DNA from: Acidobacteriota bacterium | GTDB taxonomy: Bacteria > Acidobacteriota > UBA890 > WLXD01 | Assembly (NCBI GenBank): GCA_963666215.2 | Contig: CAXWPL010000002.1 | Coordinates: 640,001-704,000, forward strand | Length of the DNA: 64,000 nucleotides | Direction: 5' to 3' | Part shown: in pieces, positions 1 to 10,265 of the stretch | Position numbering within the stretch: position 1 is the first letter of the stretch | Layout of the letters: each line of letters begins with the position of its first letter | Made by a program: the position numbers and the translations under genes | The notes under the pieces: generated by a model | The model's input: the letters and a program-made list of their open reading frames with translations, nothing else | What the model was told of the DNA's origin: nothing | Database searches by the model: none

Positions 1-338
1 GATTGTCGTTCGGCATACCCGGGGAACTTTCGAAAACATGGAAAGGATTCGGCGTGGAGGGTCTGCGTGTCTCCCGGCCGCCGGATGGGACTCGGCGTCG
101 ACATCAGTCGACGCGCTCGAAGAGTACGGACGTTAGGGCCGGCCCCCGCCTGTCGGGCGTGGCCGATGATCACCTCATCGACCTTGGCTGACCCAGCTCC
201 CGACAACCCGGCACGGCGCACGCACTCGGCGATCGCGTTCGCCCCCAACTGCACGGCACTGAGCGATTTGAGTCCGCCGCCGAACCTGCCGATCGGTGTT
301 CGCACCGAGGCGGCGACGTAGATCGGCGGTAACGTCAC
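1..338 (-). pseudogene. Thiolase (acetyl-CoA acyltransferase) N-terminal fragment; homology lost after ~130
   Basis: Manual translation from GTG 338: MTLPPIYVAASVRTPIGRFGGGLKSLSAVQLGANAIAECVRRAG...VDEVIIGHARQAGAGPNV, a typical thiolase N-terminus. The frame stays open to the window edge but becomes non-thiolase (RTLRARRLMSTPSP...). Directly downstream of ALDH. Confidence 0.8.
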
Positions 339-351
339 TCTCGTCGGGCCC

Positions 352-1833
352 TCAGGCGCTGAGGTCGACCCAGATGTTCTTCACCTGGGTGTAGTACTGC
401 AGGCTGTGCACGCCGAGCTCGCGTCCGAAGCCGCTGGCCTTGTAGCCTCCGAACGGCGCCGCCGGATCGTAGCGGTTGTAGGTATTGACCCAAACGGTTC
501 CAGCCTTGAGTCGATGAGCCACACGGTGCGCGCGGCCAATGTCACGCGTCCATACGGCCGCCGCGAGTCCGTATCGATTGGCGTTGGCCTGCTCGATTGC
601 GTCCTCCTCGTCGTCGAACGCGATCGTTGCCAGCACAGGCCCGAAGATCTCCTCCTGTGCCAGGCGCATCGAGTTGTCGACCTGGTCGAAGATTGTCGGT
701 TGCAGGAAGTAGCCCCTGCCGTTGTCGGCAACTTGGACCCGCTCGCCACCTGTGCGCAGCCGAGCACCCTCCTTTTTGCCGATCTCGATGTAGCTCAACA
801 CAGTTTCGAGCTGCGACTTCGAGACGATTGCGCCGAACCGTGTCTTCGGATCGAGCGGATCGCCCGGACGAAGTTTTTCTGCCCGTTCCACCACGCGATC
901 GACGAACTCGTCTGCCACCGACCTCGCCACCAGCAGCCGCGAGCCGGCGGCGCAAACTTCACCCTTGCCGTAAAAAATGCCGATGGTCGCGCCCTTGACC
1001 GCGGCATCGAGATCGGCGTCGTCGAACACGATGTTCGGAGACTTACCACCCAGCTCCAGCGTCACGTGCTTCATGCTGTCGGCAGCCGACCGCATGACAC
1101 CTTGCCCGGTATCGGTGGCTCCGGTGAACGCGATCTTGTCGACGCCGGGGTGCTCGACCAACGCGTTACCCACCACCGATCCACGGCCGGTCACGACGTT
1201 GAGCGCGCCTGCCGGGAAGCCGGCCTCGTGCGCCAGCTCAGCGAGCTTGAGCGCCGTGAGAGGCGTGTTGGTCGCCGGCTTGAGCACCACGCTGTTGCCC
1301 ATCGCCATGGCTGGAGCCACCTTCCACACTGCCAGCAGCAGCGGAAAGTTCCACGGGGTGATGGCCGCGACGACACCCAGGGGCTCGCGCAATGTGTAGT
1401 TGTGCGCCGCGGCGTTCACCGCGATGGTCTCGCCGTGCACCTTGTCGGCCCAGCCCGCGTAGTACTGGAAGATCTCGGCGCACATCGGGATTTCAACGTA
1501 GCGCGACTCGGTGATCGGCTTGCCGTTGTCGAGCGTCTCGAGGAGCGCGATCTCCTCGAGATTCTCCTTGATGAGCTCGCCCAGCCGCCAGAGAAGCTGC
1601 ACGCGATTGCGCGGCGACACCTTTGACCATTCGCCGCCGTCGAAAGCGGCGCGCGCGGCTGCCACGGCGCGGTTGACGTCACCCGTGCTCGCCGATGCCA
1701 CCTCGGCCAGTACGTCTTCGGTTGCCGGGTTGCTGGTGGCGAACGTAGCGCCACCCTCGGCATCGCACCATTCGCCATCGATGTACAGCTGGCCGCGGAT
1801 GGACGCGATTACTTCCTCGACGCTCAGGCCCAT
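352..1833 (-). CDS. NAD(P)-dependent aldehyde dehydrogenase
   Basis: ITPWNFP, FTGAT, LELGGKSP, catalytic Cys in GEVCAAGSR, EEIFGPV, PFGGYKASG. Confidence 0.97.
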   Translation of the reverse strand: MGLSVEEVIASIRGQLYIDGEWCDAEGGATFATSNPATEDVLAEVASASTGDVNRAVAAARAAFDGGEWSKVSPRNRVQLLWRLGELIKENLEEIALLETLDNGKPITESRYVEIPMCAEIFQYYAGWADKVHGETIAVNAAAHNYTLREPLGVVAAITPWNFPLLLAVWKVAPAMAMGNSVVLKPATNTPLTALKLAELAHEAGFPAGALNVVTGRGSVVGNALVEHPGVDKIAFTGATDTGQGVMRSAADSMKHVTLELGGKSPNIVFDDADLDAAVKGATIGIFYGKGEVCAAGSRLLVARSVADEFVDRVVERAEKLRPGDPLDPKTRFGAIVSKSQLETVLSYIEIGKKEGARLRTGGERVQVADNGRGYFLQPTIFDQVDNSMRLAQEEIFGPVLATIAFDDEEDAIEQANANRYGLAAAVWTRDIGRAHRVAHRLKAGTVWVNTYNRYDPAAPFGGYKASGFGRELGVHSLQYYTQVKNIWVDLSA

Positions 1834-1926
1834 CGCCTGTGCCTCCGTTGACGTTCTCGAGGGTGATTGAGCAGCGCTCGCACACCGGATTGTCTGGACT
1901 AGCAGGGTCGAGCTCAGGAAGTCGAG

Positions 1927-2694
1927 CTACCGACCCTTGAACTCGGCCTTGCGCTTTCCAACGTAGGCGGCGATGCCTTCCTTGGCGTCTTCAGAGATGA
2001 ACAGTCGGTTCTGTAGCTCGCGTTCGAGCGCCAAGCCGCCGTTGAGCGGCAGTTCCATGCCCTCCTTGATGAGGCCCTGTGCCATCGTGGCTTCGCTGGC
2101 CAGTCCCTTGGCGAACTCCATGGCCGCGGCCACGACGTCGCCGTCGACCACCCGCGTAAGGATGCCGTACTCCAGCGCCTCCGACGGCTTGAGAAGACGT
2201 CCGGTGACCATCAGGTCGAGCGCGCGACCTCTACCGATCAACCGCGGCAACCGCTGCGAGCCACCCGTTCCAGGCAGCACGCCGAGCTTGACCTCGGGCA
2301 GACCGATCATCCCGGAGTCGCTGCCCATGAAGCGCATGTCGCAAGCGAGGGCGATTTCGAGACCGCCGCCGACACAGTGGCCGTTGAGCGCGGCGACGAT
2401 GATCTTCGGCGTGCGCTCGAGCTCCTGCAGAGTCTCGTTGCAGTGCAAGCAGAACATGCTCTTGGCACGAGGCTCGGCCTCGTTGAGCATGCCGATGTCG
2501 GCTCCCGCGGAGAAGAATTTCTCGCCGCCGCCAGTGAGCACGATAACGCGCGCGTCGTCATCGACGCGCAGCTGGTCAATGACCTCGTCAAGCTCGTGCA
2601 TGAGCTGGGAGTTATAGGTGTTGCCCGGCTCACGACTCATCGTAACAAGGGCGACGCCGTCGTCCGTTTTGACGTCAAAAATCTCCCAAGCCCT
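1927..2694 (-). CDS. Enoyl-CoA hydratase/isomerase; expected start codon reads AGG
   Basis: FFSAGADI, NGHCVGGGLEIALACD, GLPEVKLGVLPGTGGSQRLPRLIG. SD AGGAG (2702-2706) lies 7 nt before AGG-GCT-TGG at 2694. Confidence 0.9.
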   Translation of the reverse strand, partial: RAWEIFDVKTDDGVALVTMSREPGNTYNSQLMHELDEVIDQLRVDDDARVIVLTGGGEKFFSAGADIGMLNEAEPRAKSMFCLHCNETLQELERTPKIIVAALNGHCVGGGLEIALACDMRFMGSDSGMIGLPEVKLGVLPGTGGSQRLPRLIGRGRALDLMVTGRLLKPSEALEYGILTRVVDGDVVAAAMEFAKGLASEATMAQGLIKEGMELPLNGGLALERELQNRLFISEDAKEGIAAYVGKRKAEFKGR

Positions 2695-3069
2695 GAAACT
2701 ACTCCTATCCTTCAGAGATGCGTATCTCTGGAATCTTCGGGTCTTCGGGAACTGGAATTCGCGTTGAGAATTCGAGCCGACCGTGGCGCGCGGAGGGCGC
2801 GCGACAGGCGAGCCGTGCGGAACGGATCGAAGTCGGTGCGCGCGGCCGGCCACGGCCCAGATTAACACCGGCCGGAGACCCCTTCAAACGCGTCCGGGAG
2901 CCCTCGTGCTGGACACAGGAAGTCTTTGCTAGTGCTAGATTCAGCTCCCCATTGCGCGGCTCGCCCAGCTCGCTGCTGGTCTGCCAGCTCTACAGCGCCG
3001 TCGAATCGTCGGATTACGGATCTCGTAAGACACAAGACCTCACAGGCACGGACAGGAACCCATAGCCCG

Positions 3070-3357
3070 ATGCAGGAATCGACCACTAGAATGCGTGTGA
3101 AAGTCGTGCGTACGCCCGGCGAGCTTCGCGACACGATCGGTCACAAAGTCATGGTCCGGAAGGACTGGCTCGGTACGGTGACGAACAGGCTGTCCGACGA
3201 CGAGTTGACAGAGGCGGGCTTCCATCCGAAGAGGCACGAGGCCGTCTACCTCGTGCTGTTCGACGCTTGGGAGCAGCCCCTCGCGCTTTCCGCCGCGCAT
3301 CTCGTGGAAATCCACGAACAGACCGCTGACGAGGGCAAGGGCGACGCTGCCATCTAG
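3070..3357 (+). CDS. Small hypothetical protein
   Basis: Coding-like ORF in the gap between genes; start uncertain (3070 or 3091). Confidence 0.55.
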   Translation: MQESTTRMRVKVVRTPGELRDTIGHKVMVRKDWLGTVTNRLSDDELTEAGFHPKRHEAVYLVLFDAWEQPLALSAAHLVEIHEQTADEGKGDAAI

Positions 3358-3364
3358 CGGACTG

Positions 3365-4561
3365 CTAGCGCTCCTCGCGACTAGCCGCCGTGCGCGCCTT
3401 GCCGTTCCGCCCGACAAGCCGGCGGTGTTCGCGTAGCACGAACCGGTCCGTCATCCCGGCAACGTAGTCGGCGATGGCGATGTCCTCGCCGACGTTGTCG
3501 AAACGCCCGCGATGTCGTTCGGGCAGAAGCTCGGGTCGCGCCGCGTAGGCCGCCAGCAGTTGCCCCAGTATCTCGCCCGCATGCGCCATCTGCTTCGCCA
3601 CGGGGTCGCTGCGATACAGGCGCTGCGTGAGAAAAGCACCGAGCTCGCTCATCTGGCGGGCCACTTCGTCGGGCAGCCGGCACAGACGTTCGGGGCAGCT
3701 TCGAACCTGACCGAGGGTCTCGATGCCGTGCTCGAGAATCTGCTGGCGCGTCCCCTCGATGAGCGCGGTGACCAGGTGGTCGAGCAGAGCTCGGATGGTC
3801 TCGTTGAATCGCTGACGCTCCGTCGCCCCTGGCGTGGCAGCGCTCACCTTGCGATGAAAGGTGGCGAAGACACTGACCTCGTCGATGATCCCGGGAATGT
3901 CGAGGATATGGGCTTCCAGACCGTCGTCGATGTCGTGCACGTTGTAGGTCACATCGTCCACGAGATCGATCAGCTGCGCCTCGATCGGCGGCTGCCTGTC
4001 GGGGTCGAACTCGACGAGCTCCTGGCTCTGGAAACGGACGTAGCGGCTGCTGTGCTTGGCGATTCCCTCGCGCACTTCGAACGTCAGGTTGAGCCCCGGG
4101 AAGGCGGCGTATCGCTCCTCCAGCCGGTCGACGATGCGCAGCGCCTGCCGGTTGTGCTCGAAACCGCCGTTCTCGCCCATGTGCTGGTCGAGCACGCGCT
4201 CACCAACATGGCCGAACGGCGGATGTCCCAAGTCGTGAGCCAGCGCGATGGCTTCGCTCAGCGGCGCTTGCAAGCGCAGAGCACCGGCCACGGTACGAGC
4301 AAGCTGAGTGACTTCGATGGTGTGCGTGAGCCGCGTCCGGAAGTGGTCGCCCTCGTAGTTGGGGAACACCTGGGTCTTGTACTCGAGGCGTCGGAAGGCG
4401 CGCGAATGGATGATGCGATCGCGGTCGCGCTCGTAGCAGTTGCGGTAGGGGTGCTCGATCTCCGGGACTCGCCGACCCCGACTGCTTTCCGTGGTCACAG
4501 CGAACGGCGCCAAGCCCGAGCCGTGCACTCGACTGTAGATCTTCGCCTCGGCATCCAGCAT
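3365..4561 (-). CDS. dgt: Deoxyguanosinetriphosphate triphosphohydrolase (HD family)
   Basis: RDRDRIIHSRAFRRLEYKTQVF, FRTRLTHTIEV, AHDLGHPPFGH, DYVAGMTDRF. Confidence 0.95.
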   Translation of the reverse strand: MLDAEAKIYSRVHGSGLAPFAVTTESSRGRRVPEIEHPYRNCYERDRDRIIHSRAFRRLEYKTQVFPNYEGDHFRTRLTHTIEVTQLARTVAGALRLQAPLSEAIALAHDLGHPPFGHVGERVLDQHMGENGGFEHNRQALRIVDRLEERYAAFPGLNLTFEVREGIAKHSSRYVRFQSQELVEFDPDRQPPIEAQLIDLVDDVTYNVHDIDDGLEAHILDIPGIIDEVSVFATFHRKVSAATPGATERQRFNETIRALLDHLVTALIEGTRQQILEHGIETLGQVRSCPERLCRLPDEVARQMSELGAFLTQRLYRSDPVAKQMAHAGEILGQLLAAYAARPELLPERHRGRFDNVGEDIAIADYVAGMTDRFVLREHRRLVGRNGKARTAASREER

Positions 4562-4796
4562 GGCGTACCAGACTAGTACGATCGCACCCCCTCCGACCCC
4601 ACCGCCACGGGCTCGCCTTGTTTCCGCCGCCGATCCGAGCGAACATCCGCGCGCCCCGAGGGCACGTCGAGGACGCCCGGCGCGATCGAACGTGGCAGCC
4701 CCCTCGTGGAAACGTCTGTTCCGCCTGCGGTTGAGGCGTGCTCCATAGCATCGCTTTGCTGGCCATCGGCCAAACACCCAGACAAGGAGATCCGCC

Positions 4797-6140
4797 GTGG
4801 CGGCAACGCTTACCGCTTTTTTTGCCGGACTCAACGCGTTTCTCTGGGGCCCCCCGATGCTCGTGCTGCTCGTTGGCACCGGCGTTTTCTTGACCTTCTA
4901 CTTGGGTGGCGTCCAATTTCGCCTGCTCGGTCACTCGCTTTATCTGGCGTTCGTCAAGCGCCACGAGGAGGGGGCCGAGGGTGACATCTCGCATTCCCAG
5001 GCGCTGATGACGGCACTCGCGGCGACCGTCGGTACCGGCAACATTGCCGGGGTCGCCACGGCAATCGCCGCCGGAGGCCCAGGGGCCCTGTTCTGGATGT
5101 GGGTGACCGGACTGTTCGGCATGGCCACAAAGTTCTCGGAGGCCCTGCTCGCCGTGCGCTATCGCACCACCGACGCGAACGGTCAGATGAGCGGTGGCCC
5201 GATGTACTACCTGGCTCTTGGAGCCAAACAACCGGCGCTCGGGGCCGTGTTCGCTCTGCTCACCGCGCTGGCCGCGTTCGGCATTGGCAACATGGTTCAG
5301 AGCAACTCGGTAGCCGCCGCGATGAGCGATCACTTCGGCATTCCGACCTGGCTGACCGGACTCGTGATCACGGCGGCGACGGGGATGGTGATCCTCGGCG
5401 GCATCCAAAGTATCGCCCGAGTCACGCAGGTGCTCGTGCCGGCGATGATCATTCTGTACGTGGCGACAGCACTGATCATTATCATCATCCGCTTGGACCA
5501 GATCCCCGCTGTTGTCGCTCTGGTAATGCGACACGCGTTCTCGCCCACGGCGGCGGGCGCCGGATTTCTCGGCGCGACGATCGCTCAGACCATGCGCTAC
5601 GGCGTCGGCCGTGGCGTCTTCTCCAACGAATCCGGCCTCGGCTCGGCGGCCATCGCGGCGGCGGCTGCTCAGACGAGCTCGCCCGTGACACAGGCACTCG
5701 TGTCGATGACGCAGACGTTCATCGACACGATCATCGTCTGCTCGATGACCGGCTTCGTGATCCTGTCGTCCGGTCAGTGGGACAGCGGCGTGACCGGCGC
5801 ACCACTGACGATCAGCGCTTTCTCAGCCGGGCTCGGCGAGCTGGGCGGCGTTGTGGTGCCGATTGCGCTGATCTTCTTCGCCTACTCGACCATCCTCGGC
5901 TGGTCCTACTACGGCGAGAAGTCGATTACGTACCTTCTCGGCGATCGAGCCATTCTTCCCTACCGAGCGGTATTCACGGCAATGGTTTTCGTCGGCGCCT
6001 TGGGACGGGTCGACCTGGTTTGGGAGCTCGCCGATTCGCTCAACGCGCTGATGGCCGTGCCCAATTTGATCGGTCTGCTGCTGCTCTCGAGCGTCCTGCG
6101 AAAGGAAACCCGCGAGTACATTGCCAGCCTTTCCCGCTAG
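4797..6140 (+). CDS. Sodium:alanine/glycine symporter (AGCS family)
   Basis: [50 protein letters not shown]; SD AAGGAG upstream. Confidence 0.95.
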   Translation: MAATLTAFFAGLNAFLWGPPMLVLLVGTGVFLTFYLGGVQFRLLGHSLYLAFVKRHEEGAEGDISHSQALMTALAATVGTGNIAGVATAIAAGGPGALFWMWVTGLFGMATKFSEALLAVRYRTTDANGQMSGGPMYYLALGAKQPALGAVFALLTALAAFGIGNMVQSNSVAAAMSDHFGIPTWLTGLVITAATGMVILGGIQSIARVTQVLVPAMIILYVATALIIIIIRLDQIPAVVALVMRHAFSPTAAGAGFLGATIAQTMRYGVGRGVFSNESGLGSAAIAAAAAQTSSPVTQALVSMTQTFIDTIIVCSMTGFVILSSGQWDSGVTGAPLTISAFSAGLGELGGVVVPIALIFFAYSTILGWSYYGEKSITYLLGDRAILPYRAVFTAMVFVGALGRVDLVWELADSLNALMAVPNLIGLLLLSSVLRKETREYIASLSR

Positions 6141-6285
6141 CCTCCCCGTCGGGCGTTCGACGGTACCGCGGATTTGACGTGGGGTCCGCCGAATCGCTAT
6201 TGTGTTTGTAGTCCCCTGACGTTTACGACCGGTTCTCCTTCCTTACGATGAGAGCGTGGGCTCGGCCCACGCGAAGGAGCCCGTT

Positions 6286-8229
6286 ATGCTCACCGAACCG
6301 TCCGCCAGACGCATCTTCACGGTCGTCGCTCTCGCGACACTCCTGGTCCTCGCGCCGATTGGCGCCGCCACCGCCCAGGACGACGTGCCCGCCCGTGTGC
6401 GACACCTCGAGGGCACGGTCACCGTGCAGCGGGCACACGCCGGCGAAACCTACGCAGCCATCGTCAACCTGCCTCTCGATGCTGGCGACCGCGTGTGGAC
6501 TGAGCAAGACGGGCGCACCGAGCTCGTGCTCAGCGACGGCAGCTTCGTTTGGCTCGACGCCAGCAGCACGATCGATCTGATCTCGCTTCCGAGTGCCTAC
6601 GACGTCGATCACGTTGGCATCCTGAGGCTGTGGGCTGGGAGTCTGATCGTCCATCGCGAAGCGTACGACGGTCAGGCGCTCGCTGCTCTGCGAATCGACA
6701 CGCATGGCGGCAGCGCGGTGCTCGGTGGCAGCGGCCAGTACCGCATTGACATCGATCAAGATCAGCTAACCTGGCTCTCGGTGTTCGACGGCCAGGCCGA
6801 GCTGGTCTCGGCTGGCCGCAGCGAGCCTGTGTGCGCCGGCGAGCGCGCCTACGTCGCCGATGGCTCGGCTCCCGGAAGTGCCGTAGCGTTCAATACCGCC
6901 GACGAAGATGACTTCGGATACTGGCAACAGGGGCGCATCTCGGCCGTCGCCGAGACGGTACGCCATACGGCAGCACGAGATTACGTTCCGCGCGAGGTAA
7001 TCCACTACGCCGCGGACCTCGAGCAACACGGCTCCTGGTCCAACTACGACAGCTATGGGTGGGCCTGGCGGCCCCGCGTGTCGGCTTCGTGGTCGCCCTA
7101 CCGAGACGGCCGCTGGGTGTACGGGTTGGGTGGATGGACCTGGGTCCCCTACTCCCGCTGGGGCTACGCCACGACTCACTACGGTCGTTGGCACCACATG
7201 TCGAGCTTCGGCTGGGTGTGGTTCCCGGGGCTGCGGTACTCTCCGGCACGCGTCAAGTGGTACGTCGGCAGCGGTTACCTGGGGTGGACACCGCTCAACT
7301 ACTACAACCAGCCGTGTGTCTCTCTGACCGCCTTTTTCGGCGGCTACCGCACCGGGTACGGATACGGCCGCGGCTTCTACGAATCGAATCGGCAGTCCAC
7401 GGGCCGGGCGATTGCGGGACGCGGTTACAGCGATGGGCTGCGCAACGCATGGACCTTCGTGCCATCCGATCGGCTCGGCGCCGGCGACGTCGGACGTGTT
7501 GCTGTGGAGCGGACGGCGCTGCCTCGCCTCACCGACCGGAACAAGGTGATGATCGACGGGCCGCTACGCCCGCGGAACCCTCAGACCCTTGTCGTCGCGC
7601 GTCCTGGTCAACCCGATGGGGGCGGCGTCCAACGACCTTCCGTTGCCCGGCCTCTTGTCCCTAACGGCGTACGCACCTCGCCCAATCGCGGCGGACGCGA
7701 TGTGGGAACTGTCGCTCCGGCGCGGCCGGCGTCGCCACGCACTGGGATTCGTGTGGTTCCCAGGCCGGCTGGACCGGGCAAGCCGAGCGGACCGAACCTC
7801 GGAAATCGGCCTCGTACGACGACCCTACGCCCTGCTCTCCCGAATACGGGGATTCAGACTCCTCGGCCTACGGCCACTCGACCGCGAGCTGTGCCGTCTC
7901 GCCCATCGCCATCGGTACCGACGCGGCCGAATCTCCGGTCTCGCGGCACACCCCGCAGCGGTAACGGTGGTGCGCCACCGTCGTCGCCCACCGTCACAAG
8001 ACGACCGACGGCGCCAAGCCGGCCGACGACTTCCATCTACAACCGGCCCTCGTCGCCTAGCCGGCCGACCGTGAGTCGTCCCTCGTCGCCAAGCCGTCCG
8101 ACCATGAGCCGTCCCTCGTCACCGAGCCGTCCGACTATCAGTCGTCCCTCGTCGCCGAGCCGTCCGACCATCCGTCGTCGGCCGGCGCCGAAGTCGAGCT
8201 CACGCCCGAGCAAGCCGAAGGGCTCTTGA
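6286..8229 (+). CDS. Secreted FecR-domain / DUF6600-like protein with Pro/Arg/Ser-rich tail
   Basis: Signal peptide; FecR-like NLPLDAGDRVWT..DGRTEL; WSPYRDGRW..WTWVPYSRWGYATTHYGRW block; low-complexity C-terminus. Confidence 0.8.
   Translation: MLTEPSARRIFTVVALATLLVLAPIGAATAQDDVPARVRHLEGTVTVQRAHAGETYAAIVNLPLDAGDRVWTEQDGRTELVLSDGSFVWLDASSTIDLISLPSAYDVDHVGILRLWAGSLIVHREAYDGQALAALRIDTHGGSAVLGGSGQYRIDIDQDQLTWLSVFDGQAELVSAGRSEPVCAGERAYVADGSAPGSAVAFNTADEDDFGYWQQGRISAVAETVRHTAARDYVPREVIHYAADLEQHGSWSNYDSYGWAWRPRVSASWSPYRDGRWVYGLGGWTWVPYSRWGYATTHYGRWHHMSSFGWVWFPGLRYSPARVKWYVGSGYLGWTPLNYYNQPCVSLTAFFGGYRTGYGYGRGFYESNRQSTGRAIAGRGYSDGLRNAWTFVPSDRLGAGDVGRVAVERTALPRLTDRNKVMIDGPLRPRNPQTLVVARPGQPDGGGVQRPSVARPLVPNGVRTSPNRGGRDVGTVAPARPASPRTGIRVVPRPAGPGKPSGPNLGNRPRTTTLRPALPNTGIQTPRPTATRPRAVPSRPSPSVPTRPNLRSRGTPRSGNGGAPPSSPTVTRRPTAPSRPTTSIYNRPSSPSRPTVSRPSSPSRPTMSRPSSPSRPTISRPSSPSRPTIRRRPAPKSSSRPSKPKGS
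8044..8175 (+). repeat. Four 33-bp coding tandem repeats (RPSSPSRPTxS)
   Basis: cgtccctcgtcgccgagccgtccgaccatnagn-like unit repeated 4 times in frame. Confidence 0.9.
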
Positions 8230-8288
8230 GGGCGTTCTTGCCGGCGGGTGAGCGAAGCTGCGCACTAGACGAGGGCTGAGACTCTGGG

Positions 8289-8675
8289 CTAGTTCAAGCT
8301 CGGCCAGCACGCGCCCGCGGCGTTGATCGAGATTCGGTCCTTGAACGACTGCCAGACGAAGTGACGATGGCCGATGCGGTCCTCTTGCGGCGCCCAGCAC
8401 CAAAGCACATTGGGGTCGGGGCTCTGAAAATCGACCGTGAAAATGCCTTTCGGCGCGGCCCCGATGCCGCGGATTCGCTCGGCCCAGCCTTCGAGCAGTT
8501 CCCGAGCCAGCCGATCGTGATCGGCCTCGCGGTCGAGCTGATCGCTCGGCGCAGTCACACGAAGCCGCTCCAACCTGTAGCGCGTTTCATCGGTCGCGTC
8601 GCGCACCTCCGAGAGAGCCACGTTGGCCCGCGCGAGCGTGAAAACGCGGAAGCGATGAAATCTCGGTGTCGGCAT
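8289..8675 (-). CDS. DUF2203-like protein
   Basis: RVFTLARAN..., GAAPKGIFTVDF..LWCW...RIGHRH...FKDR pattern. Confidence 0.7.
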   Translation of the reverse strand: MPTPRFHRFRVFTLARANVALSEVRDATDETRYRLERLRVTAPSDQLDREADHDRLARELLEGWAERIRGIGAAPKGIFTVDFQSPDPNVLWCWAPQEDRIGHRHFVWQSFKDRISINAAGACWPSLN

Positions 8676-8908
8676 CCCACGACGCTGTTCGAGGGGAAAT
8701 AGCTCGGCGGCAGCGCGCCGATGGTGCGGAATACGCCCCGACGCTAGCACGTGCGCTGCCGGAGCCCATACCGCCAGAGCGGCTGCCAGGCGCGCTGTTC
8801 CGTCCAAACGAGATCAAGTAGGTCGACAACGAAACATATTCGTTACACATCACAGCCTCATATCACATGCCGAAGAACATCAGGGAGCAAGTAGGGATGC
8901 AGGGCCTC

Positions 8909-8937
8909 TTGCGGCCTCCAGAAGCGGCCACTATGAT
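8909..8937 (+). promoter_or_regulatory. Putative sigma70 promoter TTGCGG-N17-TATGAT
   Basis: Near-consensus boxes with 17-bp spacer, upstream of a three-hairpin non-coding region. Confidence 0.55.
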
Positions 8938-8943
8938 CTGCTG

Positions 8944-9095
8944 ACGCCAGATAGAGATGAGGGCGCGAGGGTCAGCCCCCCCACCCCCGACCCCCGCCCT
9001 TTCAGGGATTCCGGGTACCAACCACAGCCCACCCCACCGGAGTCCCTACTTTTGGACCCGGGGCGCGACTCGCTCGCGCCCCGGGTACTTGTTTG
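8944..9095 (+). ncRNA. Candidate small RNA with two C-rich-loop hairpins and a terminator hairpin
   Basis: Hairpins agggcg..gggtc/gaccc..cgccct, agggattccgg/ccggagtccct and acccggggcgcga/tcgcgccccgggt followed by acttgttt; no credible ORF. Confidence 0.5.
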
Positions 9096-9263
9096 TGGGC
9101 CTGTTCTGACGATCCGGGCGATTCGAAGTCCGGACGAGTGCAGTAGGTCCGGAGAGCCGGCAGCCTCCGACAGCACGAAGCGGCCGGCGCCAGTTGTGCC
9201 TCACGTGGGCTCGGAGCCGGAAGCGAGACCGTCGGCCTGACCGAACCCGCAATCCGCAATTCG

Positions 9264-10265
9264 ATGAGCGTTTCGGTCACACGTATCTTCTCCGGCATTC
9301 AGCCGACTGGCGATCTGCATCTCGGGAATTACTTCGGGGCGGTGCGCAACTGGGTCTCGTTGCAGGAGCAGCACCCGGAGTGCATCTACTGCGTCGTCGA
9401 CTACCACGCGATCACCGGCGGGATCGAACCCGACGAGCTGCCGAGGCGAACGCTGCGCCTGGCGGGCGATCTGATTGCCTGCGGGATTGATGCGCAACGC
9501 TCCATCCTGTTCGCTCAGTCACACGTGCCGGAGCACACCGAGCTGGCCTGGATCTTCGCCTCGTTCGCCTCCTTCGGGGCGTTGACCCGGATGACGCAGT
9601 TCAAGGACAAGTCGTCCGGCCGCAAGCACGTCAACATGGGGCTCTTCGCCTACCCGGTGCTGCAGGCTGCCGACATCCTTCTCTACCTCGCCGACGGCGT
9701 GCCGGTCGGCGACGATCAGTCGCAGCATCTCGAGCTGACGAGGGAGATCGGCCGCCGTTTCAACCACGTTGTTGGCGAGGATCTCTTTCCCGAGGTTCAG
9801 ACCCTGCTGACGGAAGGCAAGCGCATCATGTCGCTGGCCGATCCGGAGCGGAAGATGAGTAAGACCCTGGGTGAGAGCCACTACGTTGGGCTCATGGAAT
9901 CGGCGAAGTCGGCCGGCAAGAAGATCCGCTCGGCGGTCACCGACTCCGGAGGCCTGGCGACCGATGAGCTCAGTCCCGGCGTGACCAACCTACTTGGTCT
10001 GCTGCGACTCTGCGATGCGGGGGATCTCGCCGACGAGATGGCAGCCGCGGCCACCGTGGGGCGCTTGATGTACGGGCACCTCAAGATCGCAGTTGAGGAG
10101 CGTCTGGCGGCCACACTGGCGCCAATTCGGGAGCGACGCGAGGCTTTGTTGGATGCCGAAGTTCGAGAGGCCCTGCGAGACGGCGCGAGCCGCGCCTCGG
10201 CAATCGCTCGAGACACCCTGACGCGGGTCCGCGAGCTGATCGGCGTCGGAGCCAGTCGACTCTAG
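9264..10265 (+). CDS. trpS: Tryptophan--tRNA ligase
   Basis: SGIQPTGDLHLGNY, YPVLQAADIL, VPVGDDQSQHLELTR, KMSKT. Confidence 0.97.
   Translation: MSVSVTRIFSGIQPTGDLHLGNYFGAVRNWVSLQEQHPECIYCVVDYHAITGGIEPDELPRRTLRLAGDLIACGIDAQRSILFAQSHVPEHTELAWIFASFASFGALTRMTQFKDKSSGRKHVNMGLFAYPVLQAADILLYLADGVPVGDDQSQHLELTREIGRRFNHVVGEDLFPEVQTLLTEGKRIMSLADPERKMSKTLGESHYVGLMESAKSAGKKIRSAVTDSGGLATDELSPGVTNLLGLLRLCDAGDLADEMAAAATVGRLMYGHLKIAVEERLAATLAPIRERREALLDAEVREALRDGASRASAIARDTLTRVRELIGVGASRL

Noticed and set aside
1-131. Group II intron interrupting the thiolase
   Set aside because: The junction reads GTCCG rather than GTGYG, and no domain V/VI is visible on either strand.
4580-4796. Glycine riboswitch upstream of the Ala/Gly symporter
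   Set aside because: The conserved aptamer pattern (GGAGA...CCGAAG...CTCTCAGG) was not found.
8044-8175. 33-bp repeats as a non-coding array
   Set aside because: In-frame low-complexity protein tail with synonymous variation between units.
8944-9263. T-box riboswitch for trpS
   Set aside because: No GGTGGNACC T-box motif or stem I features on the sense strand; the nearest look-alike (GGTTGGTACC) is antisense.
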